64,000 bases of DNA from Dictyostelium discoideum (GCA_000004695.1 CM000150.2:1536001-1600000); one strand, 5' to 3'; shown: positions 1 to 12,560, counted from the first letter of the stretch. Program-made: numbers and translations. The notes: generated from the sequence alone by a model not told the origin.

Positions 1-629
1 AAAACAAAGATATTAAAAGATTTTAGAGAAAAAAAAAGGAAAATTGAAAAAAAAAATTAAAAAAAAAAAATTTAAAAAAAAAATAAAAAAAAAAAAAACT
101 AGATATTAAATAATATAGAAAAAAGAATTTATAAGTGGTTGCTTTTTAAGAATGTAGTGAAAAGGTTAGAAAGTTTTACTCAAAAATTTAAATTTTTATC
201 TAAATTTTTTTTTCCCTTCTCATTACTATCATTTTTTTAGAAGCTTTAGTTTATTTTTATCTTGTGGTAGAATAAAATTAAAAAAAAAAAAAAATATCTT
301 TTTTTTTTAATTTTCTGATACATTGATTTTTATAATAAATATTTGGTGCATTGCTTTTTAATTATAAAAAATCTTCGTTTGATTCCAATTACCTCACAGA
401 ATGGAATTATAAATAAAATTTTTTTTTTTTATTTTTTTTTTTACTTTTTTTTTTTAGAATGGCCTATTAGAATTATAATTCTATTCCCACTTATATCATA
501 TCTTTATTATTTTTTTTTTTTTTTTTTTTTTTTTTTTGGTATAAATAAAAATTTTAAAGATCACTAAGTTATTTTTCAAATAAAAAATAAAAATATAAAA
601 AATAAATAAATTTAAATAAAAAAATAATA

Positions 630-1772
630 ATGATATCTTTAAAATCAAATTATATAATTTCTATAATTTTTTTCATTTTACAAATATTGAGAGTGTTTGG
701 CGATAGTGATTTCAGCTTATATTCAGTCACATCCAACCCAGTTGGTTCATATGTAACAATAGTTATTCCATTTTATAATCAGGTTATAGCAAACACTTCA
801 TTAAATTTAGATGGTTTAAACATTCAAAGCTTTTTAACAGTTGATCAAGGTGTAAATGTGGTATGTGTTAAAAAATAAATTAAAAAATAATAAATAATTA
901 TTAATATTCTCCTAATAATTAAAAAAAAAAAAAAAAAAAAAAAATTATAGATATTATTACTTTGTCAAGATTCAAAAAATTCAAATTATTTAGTTATTGC
1001 AGATGTTAAAACTGGTGAAATTAAAAAGAGTAAAGGAATTCAAAATGATGGTTTTAATATTAAAAATAATAATAATTATATTTATTCAAATGTCACAGAT
1101 GATATTTATTTACCAACATTTTCAAATGGTGAATTAACAATTTTACATTGGAATTTCAATGAACAATCGGATTACGCCAATCAATTAACAGTTAATGGTA
1201 TTTCCGATATTGACCCAACTTATCAACCAAAAGGTGTAATAACATCAAATAATGGTTTATATATATTTTATAAATCAATCGATAATAATAATAATAATAA
1301 TAATAATAATAGTACAAGTAAACTCGTATTATTTAATTTAAATAATACTGATAGTAGTTCATTATCATCATCTTCATTACAACCAGTACTACCAACAATC
1401 GAAATTTACACATATAATGGTTTTGAAGCAGACAATGTTGAAATGATATATATAGATAATGAAGATAATAATATCGTTTATGCAGTATATAATACAAATG
1501 GAACTACACGTTCATGTACTCTCCTTTTCAGTGAACAAAACTCAATTTGCCAAGATGCATATTTTGACTATAATTTAAATCCAAATAATTATAACTATAA
1601 TCCATATTTTATCACAAGTGATTTATCATCATTTGTCTCATTACAATCAACTTCACCAACTCAACTAGTATTTGGAGTTTGGTCATTAGATTTTGGAGCT
1701 GATACAACAACCCTAATCTATAATTTATGGCAATCAACAAACCCATCAAATATCACCTATTTTAAAAATTAA
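630..1772 (+). CDS. Secreted hypothetical protein, copy 1 of a tandem paralog pair (2 exons: 630..860, 951..1772; ~350 aa)
   Basis: ORF 630..878 has a hydrophobic signal-peptide-like N-terminus (MISLKSNYIISIIFFILQILRVFG). The donor gtatgt is at 861 and the acceptor ...aattatag ends at 950. Exon 2 reads in frame through ORF 1443..1772 with no stops (ILLLCQDSKNSNYLVIADVKTGEIKK...). It is paralogous to 2303..3435. Confidence 0.6.
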
Positions 1773-1887
1773 ATAATGCTATTGTTTTTTTGATTTAATT
1801 TAAATCAACATGGTTAAATTTAAAAAAAAAAATTAAGAAAAAAAAAATTAAATGAAATAAAAAATTTAATTTTATTGAAGCTTTAAA

Positions 1888-1921
<34 letters not shown>

Positions 1922-2302
1922 CTAATAAACAGTTTGATTGGTTTGAATTACGAAATTTTTTTTTTTTTCTATTTTTTTTTTTTTTTTCTGAAAACCATTA
2001 AAATTTTTAAAAATCTTCGTTTGATTCCAATTACCTCATAGAATTAAAATATCTTCGATGCGGTTTCCATTTTTTTTTTTTTTCGTTTTATTATTTTTTA
2101 GAATGACCTTTATTATAATTCTATTCTCATTTTAATCATTCGTTTATATTTTAGTATAAATAAAAAATTATTTTTGTTTTAAATTATTATCCAAAAAATA
2201 TAAAAATAAAAAACAATTCAAAAAAAGACACAATAAAAATAAAAAAAAACAATAATAATAAAATAATAAATAAATTAATTTATATAAATCAAATAAAAAA
2301 TA

Positions 2303-3435
2303 ATGATATCTTTAAAATCAAATTTTATAGTTGCAACAGTATTTTTCATTATACAAATATTAAAAGTATTTGGAGAATATGATTTTGGTTTATATGCAGT
2401 CACATCAAATCCGGTTGGTTCATATGTAACAGTTGTTGATACATTATATAATCAAGTATTAGCAAACACTTCATTAAATTTAAATGGTTTAAATGTTCAA
2501 AGCCTTTTAGAAGTAGATTCTAATTTAAATGTCGTATGTATTAAAATATTAAAAAAAAAAAAATATATCATCAATAATTATTAGTATTATTCTCTAATGA
2601 TAAAAAAAAAAAAAAAAAAAAATTATAGATTACATTACTTTGTCAAGATTCAAAAAATTCAAATTATTTAGTTATTGCAGATGCTAAAACTGGTGAAATT
2701 AAAAAGAGTAAAGGAATTCAAAATGATGGTTTTAATATTAAAAATAGTAATAACTATATTTATTCAAATGCCACAGATGATATTTATTTACCAACATTTT
2801 CAAATGGAGAATTAACAATTTTACATTGGAATTTCAACGAACAATCAGATTATGCCAATCAATTAACAGTTAGTGGTGTTTCCGATATTGACCCAACCTA
2901 TCAACCAAAAGGTGTATTATCATCAAAAAACATTTTATATTTATTTTATAAATCAAATGATAATAACAGTCCAAGTAAACTCGTATTATTAGATGTAAAT
3001 ACTACTGATAGTGGTTCATCATCATCATCATCGTCGCCATCATATTCATTACAACCATTCGAAACTTACTCATTTAATAGTTTTGAAGCAGATAATGTTG
3101 AAATGATATACATTGATGGTGAAGAGGGTTCTAATATTGTCTATGCAGTTTATAATACCAATGGAACTACACAAGCATGTTCTTTTGTTCTCAGTGAACA
3201 AAACTCAACTTGTCAATATATTCCTCTTGAAATTAATTTAAATCCACAAAATTATAATTATAACCCTTATTTCATCACAAGTGATTTATCATCATTTGTT
3301 ACATTACAATCAACATCGTCAAATCAATTAGTATTTGGACTTTGGGAATTAAATTTTGGTGCTGATTCACCAACTCAAATCTATAATTTATGGCAATCAA
3401 CAAACCCATCAAATATCACCTATTTTAAAAATTAA
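2303..3435 (+). CDS. Secreted hypothetical protein, copy 2 of the tandem paralog pair (exons 2303..2533, 2629..3435; ~345 aa)
   Basis: Same architecture as copy 1: signal-peptide exon of 77 codons, gtatgt donor at 2534, acceptor aattatag ending at 2628, frame continuous into ORF 3103..3435. About 330 bp of upstream sequence (aaaatcttcgtttgattccaattacctca...tagaatg[g/a]cct) is also duplicated, at 365-520 and 2015-2160. Confidence 0.6.
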
Positions 3436-3504
3436 ATAATATTATTTATTTTATTAAAAATTAATAAAAATATCTTTTTTTTTAATATATATAGTTTTAT
3501 TTTT

Positions 3505-3539
<35 letters not shown>

Positions 3540-3635
3540 AATTATATGCTTTTTATTTAATGAAAATATCTCTGAAATGGTTCCCATTTTATTTTTTTTT
3601 ATATTTTTTTTTTTTTAAACCAGTTTATTTTTCAA

Positions 3636-3916
3636 ATGGAATAACTCAGGCATGTTCTTTTGTTCTCAGTGAACAAAACTCAATTTGTCAAGATACTTAT
3701 TCTCTTGAAATCAATTTAAATCCAAATAATTATAACTATAATCCATATTTTATCACAAGTGATTTATCATCATTTGTTACATTACAAACATCAACTACTC
3801 AATTATTTTTTGGACTTTGGTCATTAAATTTTGGTGCTGATACAACAACCCAAGTCGATAATATTTATGGAAATCAACAAACCCATCAAATACCACCTAT
3901 TTTAAAAATTAAATAA
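3636..3916 (+). pseudogene. Truncated third copy (C-terminal ~90 codons) of the secreted-protein family, with a frameshifted end
   Basis: ORF 3560..3916 matches the last ~90 residues of copies 1 and 2 (QACSFVLSEQNSICQD...NPNNYNYNPYFITSDLSSFVTLQ...FGADTTTQ). It has no signal-peptide exon, and the conserved terminus IYNLWQSTNPSNITYFKN is replaced by an out-of-frame tail. Sequence is mosaic between copy 1 and copy 2. Confidence 0.5.
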
Positions 3917-3972
3917 TATTATTTATTTAGTTAAAAATAAAATTATTATAATTGAATTTAAAACTATTAATG

Positions 3973-4024
<52 letters not shown>

Positions 4025-4281
4025 AATTAATAAAATTTAATAATTAAATTCTTTTCAAAGTATAACTATTTCTTTAATAGGAAAAACCATATGTTATTAT
4101 TATTATAAAAAATTTTTTTAATAAAACTATTTTATTATTAAACATATTTCTTTTTTTTTTTTTTTTTTTTTTACAATTTATTAAAATTTATTAAAACTAT
4201 ATTCTAAAAAAAGAAAAAAAAAATGTAAAAAAATAATTTTAATTTTTAAAAATCAAATAGCCTCAACAATAATACCTTTCA

Positions 4282-4314
<33 letters not shown>

Positions 4315-4788
4315 AAAAAAAAATAGAAATAAAAAAAAATAAAAAAAAAATTGTAACTGATTTTAAAATTAACATAATTATTATTATTTTTTTTTTTTCT
4401 AAAAAAAAAACCACAAATATGAAAAAAATGATTAAAAAAAATAAAATAACCAATCAAATTAGGAAGGTAACAAAAAAACAAAACTTTTAATCAATGCAAA
4501 AAAAAAAAAAACTGAAAATACAATGTTTTTTTTTTATTTTTTTAATAATATATTAAATTAAATTTTTAATTTTATAATAATAAAAAAAATGGGATTTTAA
4601 TAAAATCTGAAAATTGATTTTTTTTTAAGTATAAAAGGTTATTTTTAAAATTAATTTCCAGTGTCATTTGTCAAATAATTAAATTACAAACAAACAAATA
4701 AATAATATATATATTTAAAAAAAAAAAAAAAAAAAAATAATCAAATAGTCAAATACATTAGAAAATAAACATTATTGTAAAATCAAAA

Positions 4789-6162
4789 ATGTATCGAATT
4801 TTAAAATCATTTATACTATTATCATTAGTAAATATGTCTTTATCACAAAAGATTGGTAAATTAACACCAGAAGTACATCCTCCAATGACATTCCAAAAAT
4901 GCTCAGAAGGTGGCTCATGTGAAACAATTCAAGGTGAGGTTGTAGTTGATGCAAATTGGAGATGGGTACACTCTGCACAAGGTCAAAACTGTTACACTGG
5001 TAATACTTGGAATCCAACCATTTGTCCAGATGATGAAACATGTGCTGAAAACTGTTATTTGGATGGTGCAAACTATGAAAGTGTCTATGGTGTTACCACT
5101 AGCGAAGATTCAGTTCGTTTGAATTTCGTTACTCAAAGTCAAGGTAAAAACATTGGTTCTCGTTTATTCCTCATGTCAAATGAATCAAATTACCAATTAT
5201 TCCATGTACTTGGTCAAGAATTCACTTTTGATGTTGATGTTTCCAATCTCGATTGTGGTCTCAATGGTGCACTCTACTTAGTCTCAATGGATAGCGATGG
5301 TGGTTCTGCTCGTTTCCCAACAAATGAAGCCGGTGCTAAATATGGTACTGGTTATTGTGATGCCCAATGTCCAAGAGATCTTAAATTTATTAGTGGTTCT
5401 GCAAATGTTGATGGTTGGATTCCATCAACTAATAATCCAAATACTGGATATGGTAATCTTGGTTCATGTTGCGCTGAAATGGATCTTTGGGAAGCAAACA
5501 ATATGGCAACTGCTGTAACTCCACATCCATGTGATACTTCAAGCCAAAGCGTATGTAAGAGTGATTCATGTGGTGGTGCTGCTTCTTCAAATAGATATGG
5601 TGGTATTTGCGATCCAGATGGTTGTGATTACAATCCATACCGTATGGGTAACACCAGTTTCTTTGGTCCAAACAAAATGATTGATACCAACTCTGTAATT
5701 ACTGTTGTAACTCAATTCATTACTGACGATGGTTCATCCGATGGCAAATTAACCTCAATCAAGAGATTGTATGTACAAGATGGTAACGTTATCTCTCAAT
5801 CAGTATCAACCATTGATGGTGTCGAAGGTAATGAAGTCAATGAAGAATTTTGTACTAACCAAAAGAAAGTATTTGGTGATGAAGATTCCTTCACTAAACA
5901 TGGTGGTCTTGCTAAAATGGGTGAAGCCTTAAAGGATGGTATGGTTCTTGTTCTTAGTCTTTGGGATGATTACCAAGCCAACATGTTATGGCTCGATAGT
6001 TCATATCCAACAACTTCATCTCCAACAGATCCAGGTGTTGCTCGTGGATCTTGTCCAACTACCTCTGGTGTTCCATCTAAAGTTGAACAAAATTATCCAA
6101 ATGCATACGTTGTCTACTCTAATATTAAAGTCGGTCCAATCGATTCAACATATAAAAAATAA
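4789..6162 (+). CDS. cbhA: Glycoside hydrolase family 7 cellobiohydrolase (secreted, catalytic domain only, 457 aa)
   Basis: Single ORF with signal peptide and textbook GH7 motifs ([94 protein letters not shown]). There is no C-terminal CBM1 or linker. The gene symbol is a recollection and was not checked. Confidence 0.9.
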   Translation: MYRILKSFILLSLVNMSLSQKIGKLTPEVHPPMTFQKCSEGGSCETIQGEVVVDANWRWVHSAQGQNCYTGNTWNPTICPDDETCAENCYLDGANYESVYGVTTSEDSVRLNFVTQSQGKNIGSRLFLMSNESNYQLFHVLGQEFTFDVDVSNLDCGLNGALYLVSMDSDGGSARFPTNEAGAKYGTGYCDAQCPRDLKFISGSANVDGWIPSTNNPNTGYGNLGSCCAEMDLWEANNMATAVTPHPCDTSSQSVCKSDSCGGAASSNRYGGICDPDGCDYNPYRMGNTSFFGPNKMIDTNSVITVVTQFITDDGSSDGKLTSIKRLYVQDGNVISQSVSTIDGVEGNEVNEEFCTNQKKVFGDEDSFTKHGGLAKMGEALKDGMVLVLSLWDDYQANMLWLDSSYPTTSSPTDPGVARGSCPTTSGVPSKVEQNYPNAYVVYSNIKVGPIDSTYKK

Positions 6163-6256
6163 TTTTTTAAAAATAATATAATTTTATAAAAAATTATTAA
6201 ATAAATAAAAAAAAAAAAAAAAAAAAAAAATATTAAAAAAAAAAAAAAAAATTTGT

Positions 6257-8719
6257 TTATTTGTTTATTATTTTTGATAAATAATTTTTTAAATATCTAT
6301 GAGAAATTATATTTAAATTTATATCTAATAACCATTGAGATAAAATATTTTGATAATTAGAATTTAAATAAATAAAAATTTCAATTTTACCAGAATCTGC
6401 ACAACTTTGAAATACATTAAATAAAAATGATTTAATTTTTGGTAATTTTGACAAACTTGAATCATTATTTAATAATGGTAAATAGTTTTCAATTAATAAT
6501 TGCACAAATTTAATTGATCCATTATCTTCTAATTTACCTACAGACTTTGAAATTAAATCCATTTCATCAGCTGTTGAACCAAAATTATGACTTTCAAGTA
6601 ATGAATTATCAATTTCTCCATTTTGTTGTTTTAAATAATATAATAATGGTTTGTTACTATCGTGAAAGTTGGTTTTACCAATTACCATTTGTGAAAAAAA
6701 TTGAATTTTAAATAATTCATCGAATCTTTGTGAAAGGAATAAAAAGTTACAATATTTTATGATTGATAATCTACAAATACCACTTTTGAAAATATCATCA
6801 TTTCTATATTCATAAATCCAATTAAATAATTCAATTTGATGTTTTTGATCAACCAATAATGTTATTCTATAAGTATATGTTAAATTTTTAATTAATGGTG
6901 ATTTGTTTATTAAGTCTTTAATAATTTGTAAATCTGAATCTGATCTAACTTGATTTAACCATGATTCTAAATTATTGAAAGTATATTTTGATTTGAAAAA
7001 GCCAGTTGGTTCATTTACCATATAATTTATAACAACCAATGGAACTTTATTATTTTCAACTTTTGTAAATAATCCACAAACTAAATTTGAATCTTTCATA
7101 ATATTTGTATCTGATAATAATAAGTCTTTAAACTTTTCTAATAAATCAATTCTACCATTTAAATAAAGTATTGATGTTTTTGGATCCAATAAATGATCTT
7201 TAAAACCATTATTAAATAAATATTCTAACATTTCAATTGATTTTATGTATGAGAAAGTATAAAATCTAAAAATATCAATGTATTCTGTTATTCTTGGTGA
7301 TAAATCCTTATCACCACTACCATCACCACCACTACTACCACCACTACTACCACTACTACTACCAAAACTACTAATACCATTATTGTTTGTCTTTTTTACC
7401 TTTTCTATATATTTTGATAAAATTTCAATATTATCATATCTAATTAATAAAAGAAATAAAACCAATGGACCAAAATTACAAACATTCATTATGAAATCTA
7501 ATTTCTGTTTTTCATCTTTTTCACAATTTGAAAATATAGTTGTTTCATCATTTAAACTTGCATTTATTGAATCTGCATTAAACCATTGATTTAAAAATCT
7601 AAAATTTGCAAAATCTAAACATAAATTAAATAAAGACCTAATTGATTTTACTCCTTTACTAAATTCAATATTAATTTGAATGCTTTCTTTATTTAAATCA
7701 AAATCATCAACATTATAAATAATATTATATCTTAAACTTGATTCATTATTATAATCTATATAAAACTTGTACAACTTTTTAATTGATTCATTCTCTTTGT
7801 AAATTTGATTTTTTAAAAATAAATTTGGTAATGTTAATTTTAATTCTGATTTTGTAAATTGAGATTTAAAAATTTCCAATTCTTCAATAGTTGGTGATTG
7901 TTGTATAAATGATGATAAATTTGGATGTAATACCATATATTTACAAGTACTAATAAATCTTCCAAAACTTAAAGGTGGTCTTCTTTGATTTAATAAATTT
8001 GATTGATCATATGGATCTCTATAATAATTTGGTAATTTAATATTATTTTCATTATTTTCATTATTTTCATTATTTTTAAACTTTTCATTTAAATAATTTA
8101 ATAATTTAAATTTTATATCTTTATCTTTTAAAACTTCATTCCATTTTTTAGTTGATATAATTTCTTCGTATTCTTTTTGATTTAAATGTGGCAATATTAA
8201 ATTAACAATTTCTTTTGATGAATTAACCAATAGTGATATATTAAATGTTTCAATATTTGGTTTAAATTCATGATATTTAATTAATACTTTTAATGCTGAT
8301 TTAGATTTACTTTTCAATATAAATCTAACTAATTTATCAAATTGTTTCTTTTCATTATTATTATTATTATTTGTTGGTTGTTTTGTAATGAAATATAATG
8401 AATAATTTGAAAATAAGGATTTAAAAAAAAATTGGTTTTCATTTTTATAAGTTTCAATTAATATTTGAATTACATCTGGTTCAGATTTATCTTCATTAAA
8501 ATCTTCATATGATTGAAATCCTTTAGATAGATTTTTAGGAATTTCAAAAATTAAATAATTATTATTTAAAATTTTTTCTTTTACTAATTCTTTCATTAGA
8601 TTTTTATTTTTATTTTTACTTTCTTTTAAAATTGAATAAATTGATATTAAATTTGGTCTATCATATTTTACAAAATAAAATATTTTTCTAAACAAATATT
8701 GATTTTTAAGTATTTCCAT
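6257..8719 (-). CDS. Large hypothetical protein (820 aa), Asn/Lys-rich with a Gly-Ser linker; no recognisable domain
   Basis: Long uninterrupted minus-strand ORF with an AAA-ATG start context. Typical Dictyostelium composition (NENNENNEN repeats, a GSSSGSSGGSSGG tract). Confidence 0.6.
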   Translation of the reverse strand: MEILKNQYLFRKIFYFVKYDRPNLISIYSILKESKNKNKNLMKELVKEKILNNNYLIFEIPKNLSKGFQSYEDFNEDKSEPDVIQILIETYKNENQFFFKSLFSNYSLYFITKQPTNNNNNNEKKQFDKLVRFILKSKSKSALKVLIKYHEFKPNIETFNISLLVNSSKEIVNLILPHLNQKEYEEIISTKKWNEVLKDKDIKFKLLNYLNEKFKNNENNENNENNIKLPNYYRDPYDQSNLLNQRRPPLSFGRFISTCKYMVLHPNLSSFIQQSPTIEELEIFKSQFTKSELKLTLPNLFLKNQIYKENESIKKLYKFYIDYNNESSLRYNIIYNVDDFDLNKESIQINIEFSKGVKSIRSLFNLCLDFANFRFLNQWFNADSINASLNDETTIFSNCEKDEKQKLDFIMNVCNFGPLVLFLLLIRYDNIEILSKYIEKVKKTNNNGISSFGSSSGSSGGSSGGDGSGDKDLSPRITEYIDIFRFYTFSYIKSIEMLEYLFNNGFKDHLLDPKTSILYLNGRIDLLEKFKDLLLSDTNIMKDSNLVCGLFTKVENNKVPLVVINYMVNEPTGFFKSKYTFNNLESWLNQVRSDSDLQIIKDLINKSPLIKNLTYTYRITLLVDQKHQIELFNWIYEYRNDDIFKSGICRLSIIKYCNFLFLSQRFDELFKIQFFSQMVIGKTNFHDSNKPLLYYLKQQNGEIDNSLLESHNFGSTADEMDLISKSVGKLEDNGSIKFVQLLIENYLPLLNNDSSLSKLPKIKSFLFNVFQSCADSGKIEIFIYLNSNYQNILSQWLLDINLNIISHRYLKNYLSKIINK

Positions 8720-8910
8720 TTGTTATTATTTTTAAATTTATATATGTATAATAAAAAGTATAATAATAAAAAATACAATAAAAAAAAAGTTTTAATATTG
8801 CATGAAATCAATTTTTTAAAATTAAAAAAAAAAAAAAAATAGTGTTGTGTGATTGTTCTAAGTTTTTGATATTTTTTTTCAGAAAAAAAGGATATAAAAA
8901 AAATATCTGA

Positions 8911-8960
8911 GTGCGTTAGACCCCCTACAGAAAACGCCTTGATCCTGACCCCCTACACCA
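8911..8960. promoter_or_regulatory. GC-rich island with an 11-bp direct repeat GACCCCCTACA (two copies, 20-bp spacer) in a divergent intergenic region
   Basis: The sequence gagtgcgttaGACCCCCTACAgaaaacgccttgatcctGACCCCCTACAcc lies inside >90% A/T intergenic DNA. It sits between minus-strand gene 6257..8719 and plus-strand gene 9975..10631. Confidence 0.2.
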
Positions 8961-9100
8961 AAGCTAAAACAAATTTAAATCAAAAAAAAAAAAAAATTCA
9001 AATAAAAAAAAAAAAAAAATCACTTAATAAGAAAAAAACACACAAATAAAACGAATATATATTTATTTATTTATTATTATCATTATTTTTCATTATTTTG

Positions 9101-9135
<35 letters not shown>

Positions 9136-9974
9136 ATTTGGTGAGTTTTGAAATAATAAATTGAAAAATTGGTATATCTATGGCCAATTAATTAAAATAA
9201 AAAAGTAAAGAAAAATAAAAAAGAATAAAATAAAATAAAATAAAATAAAAGAGATAGACAATTGAAAATAAATAAAAAAAATAAATAAAAAAAATAAATA
9301 AAAAAAAGATAATTCTAAAGTGGATTCAAAATCGTTTATTTTATTTTTATTTTTATTTTAAATTTGTCACCTTTCATTTATACAATTAATTTCGTGAAAA
9401 AAATAATATTTTCAAAATTTATTTATTTTTTATTTATTTATTTTTATTTTTTTATTTTTATTTTTTTTTTTTACATTTATTATTTTATTTATAATTTTAT
9501 TTATTATTATTCTTTTTTTATTTTAATTTTTAATTTTTTTTTTTTATTTTATTTTATTCATTTTTATTTTTTATTTATTTTTTTTTGTTTTTATTATTTA
9601 TTATTATTTTTTTTTTTTTTTTTTTTTTTTTTATTTTTTATTTTTTTTTTTTTAATTTTGAGAAGAATCCGGAATGTTGTGGGAATGTAAAAAATTAAAA
9701 AAAAATAAAAAAAAAATAAAAAAAATAAAATTAAAAGAATTAAAAAAAAAATAAAAAAAAATAAAAAAAAATAAAAAAAAATTAAAATTTTAAAAAAAAT
9801 TAATTTCTTTTTTTTTAAAAACTAATATAAATTAAAAAAAAAAAAATTTTATTTTAATTAAATTCACACTCATACATATTCATATATATATAATACAGAT
9901 AAAATAATATTATTTTAAATATTACTCTTTTTTAGCGCAATTTTTTTTTTTTTTTTCCAACAACCAACCACAAA

Positions 9975-10631
9975 ATGGCATCATCATCCTCAGCAAATAT
10001 TTTTTCATTCCAAACTTATGCAAAAGATAAACAAAATGTAAATGGAAACTATGACTACAGCGATAGCGATTGCAGTGAAGATAGTTTCGATGAGTACTCA
10101 TCCCAAGAAATTAATCAATTAGATAAATTAGATAGACCAAAAGTTAGTAAAACTGGAAATGTTATTCCAATTACTACCAAGGACTATGAAGCAGCCAAAG
10201 CATATAAACAAGCCAAAAAATTAAAGCAACTACAACAACAACAACAACAAACATCTGAAGAAGATGACCAAGATAGTACTACTACCACCACATGTATATA
10301 CGATTTAATTACCAAAGGTAAAAAGTTAACAAAATTAGAAAAGGAATCCATAGCCAACGAAGAGACAGCCTCAAGGGATAAACTTATTAGCTCAACAAAG
10401 GTTGTAAAGAGAATTATCTATGATGAAAAATTAAAGGATAAAATAGATGAATTTGTAATTACATATCAATGTAATGGTACCGATAAAATCAACTCTTGTC
10501 CTCTTAAAAACTTTGATAGAATTCCTTGTAGGAATAATATTACAGAAATTAAATATGGTAAAGATAATCAAATAGTTTGGTGTAAAGCCGATAAAATTTA
10601 TGATAGTGATTTTTCTTTTTTATCAGAATGA
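9975..10631 (+). CDS. Hypothetical acidic protein (218 aa) with a short Gln tract and C-terminal Cys residues
   Basis: ORF with caaaATGg start context, not low-complexity overall. No domain recognised. Confidence 0.55.
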   Translation: MASSSSANIFSFQTYAKDKQNVNGNYDYSDSDCSEDSFDEYSSQEINQLDKLDRPKVSKTGNVIPITTKDYEAAKAYKQAKKLKQLQQQQQQTSEEDDQDSTTTTTCIYDLITKGKKLTKLEKESIANEETASRDKLISSTKVVKRIIYDEKLKDKIDEFVITYQCNGTDKINSCPLKNFDRIPCRNNITEIKYGKDNQIVWCKADKIYDSDFSFLSE

Positions 10632-10945
10632 TAAAAAAAAAAAATAATAATAATAAATATAATAATTATATTAATATTTAATAATACCATACATATATAT
10701 TTTCAAAGGTATTATAAATATATATATAAAAAAAAGCATTGTAAATAAAAAAAAAAACAAAATATTTTTTTTTTTTTTTTTTTTAAAACTTTTAAAAAAA
10801 TAAAAAAAATAAAATAAAATAAAGTTGTAAAAGAATTTCATTCTTTTTTCTTTTTTTTTCTTTTTTTTTAAATTATAATTTAAACAAACTTTTTATTATT
10901 TTATTTTACTTTTCTTTTCTTTTATTATTATTATTATTTTTTATT

Positions 10946-11314
10946 TTATCCATTTAAACCTTCTGCATTTGCAATATTGAAAAGAAAAGTACTCATACCA
11001 TTTGGTAATTTTCTAGTTTCTAAAGATTCTAAAGTGATTGATGATTTACCAGTTTCTTCATTTGTTTCTTTTAAAGATTCTAATTTTGTTAATAATTCTT
11101 TCATTTTCAAATTTAAACCTTTAATAACATTTTGATCTGTAATTTCTTCATCATCTAATGAATCTAATAAAAATCTTAATACATCCTTATGAAATGAACC
11201 TAAAATAAATTGATCTTTTGATTGTGATGATACTGAAACTTCTTTTGAACTTACTATAAAAATAAATATATAAATTTAGATTAAAATTATTTAATATATA
11301 TTATTATTATTATA

Positions 11315-11366
<52 letters not shown>

Positions 11367-12173
11367 TTAAAATACATTACAATCAACTAAAATATCATAT
11401 AAATCTTCTCTTGATTTTATTGAAGAATCAGTGAAACCAGCACAATAAACACCAGTTGAAACCAAATCTTTTAATTCCAAATCAGAGATTGTAACGAATG
11501 GACGTAAAATATTCCAATTTTGACGATGAAATACAAAGAGTGGTAAAGCTCTAATTACTTTTAAAAGTGATGATAACTTTTCAGAGTAAACAACAATACG
11601 TTTTTTCATTGCCATAGCAGACCAAATTAAAATGATCTCTTCACCAAATAATTGAATGATATCTTTAATTGAAGTTTGTAAATAGCTTCTACGTACATCG
11701 AATGATGAATCGACAAATTTACCCATTGAACCAACATCGAATTGACCTCGGTTGAAAACACGTAGTTGGCATTCCAACAATTTCGAACAATCACCAGTTT
11801 GTTTATAAACTGATGACATTATTTGTGCTAATGATCCATACTTTTCAGGATTGAATTGATTTCTTACCAATACCAATGAGAATGCTACAACTCTTTTTAA
11901 ACTATCAGGTACATTAATTTGAGTTATTGAACCATCTTCTTTATTAATTTGTTGGGTTTCAACTGATGTTGTATATATATAAATCCATGAGTTTTTAAAT
12001 TTACTAAAGCTAAATTGTAATGATATCTTTTCTTGTAATAAGCTTGTTCTATTTAATATAACACTCTTTAAATCTTCTGTTATAGTTGGAAAACACCATG
12101 ACATTAAAACATCTGAATTTTGATCTTTTTCAAATATTGTAATTGAATCTTCTAATGATATTGATGTTGCCAT
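10946..12173 (-). CDS. Conserved hypothetical protein, 2 exons (12173..11381, 11253..10946; ~366 aa); possibly a longin/DENN-like fold (speculative)
   Basis: The ORF 12194..11367 begins with a poly-Lys leader, so the likely start is the internal ATG at 12173 (MATSISLEDS...). Reading through at 11381 gives CNVF-stop. A GTAATG donor at 11380 plus acceptor tttttatag (AG at 11255/11254) joins in frame to a 98-codon open frame ending at TAA 10948..10946 (...LSSKEVSVSSQSKDQFILGSFHKDVLRFLLDSLDDEE...NAEGLNG). Confidence 0.45.
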
Positions 12174-12560
12174 TTTCTTTTTTTTTTTTTTCAATTAACA
12201 AATAAATAAATAAACAAATAAATAAATTAATTATACAAATAAATTAAAAAAATAAAATAATAAAAAAAAAAATAATATTAAAAAAAAAAAAAAAAAAAAT
12301 TTTCTTCAGAAAAAGAAAAAAAAGATTTTTATTTTTTTTTATTTTTTTTATTTTTTTTATTTTTTATTTTTATTATTGCTAAATAAAAACATTCAAATTT
12401 AGCATTTTTTTAATTGTTTTTTTTATTTTAAAGAACAACGAAAAGGGAAAAAAAATTTATATAAAAATAGATTTTAATAAAAAAAAAAAAAAAATTACAG
12501 ATCATTTTGTGTATTTTTGAGTGCTCAATTTTATATATTAAAATTAAATAAAACTAAATC

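Noticed and set aside
4253-4481. Minus-strand ORFs (66 and 72 aa) composed almost entirely of F/I/K
   Set aside because: They are translations of poly-A/poly-T intergenic tracts. There is no start context and no complexity, so they are artefacts of A/T richness.
4811-5671. Overlapping ORFs on the opposite strand and in alternative frames inside the GH7 gene (4811..5071, 5297..5518, 5429..5671, 5936..6181)
   Set aside because: The GH7 frame has overwhelming homology support. The others are chance open frames in comparatively GC-richer coding DNA.
9364-9690. Plus-strand 108-aa ORF (FIYFLFIYFYFF...)
   Set aside because: This is T-rich simple sequence between two divergent genes, not coding.
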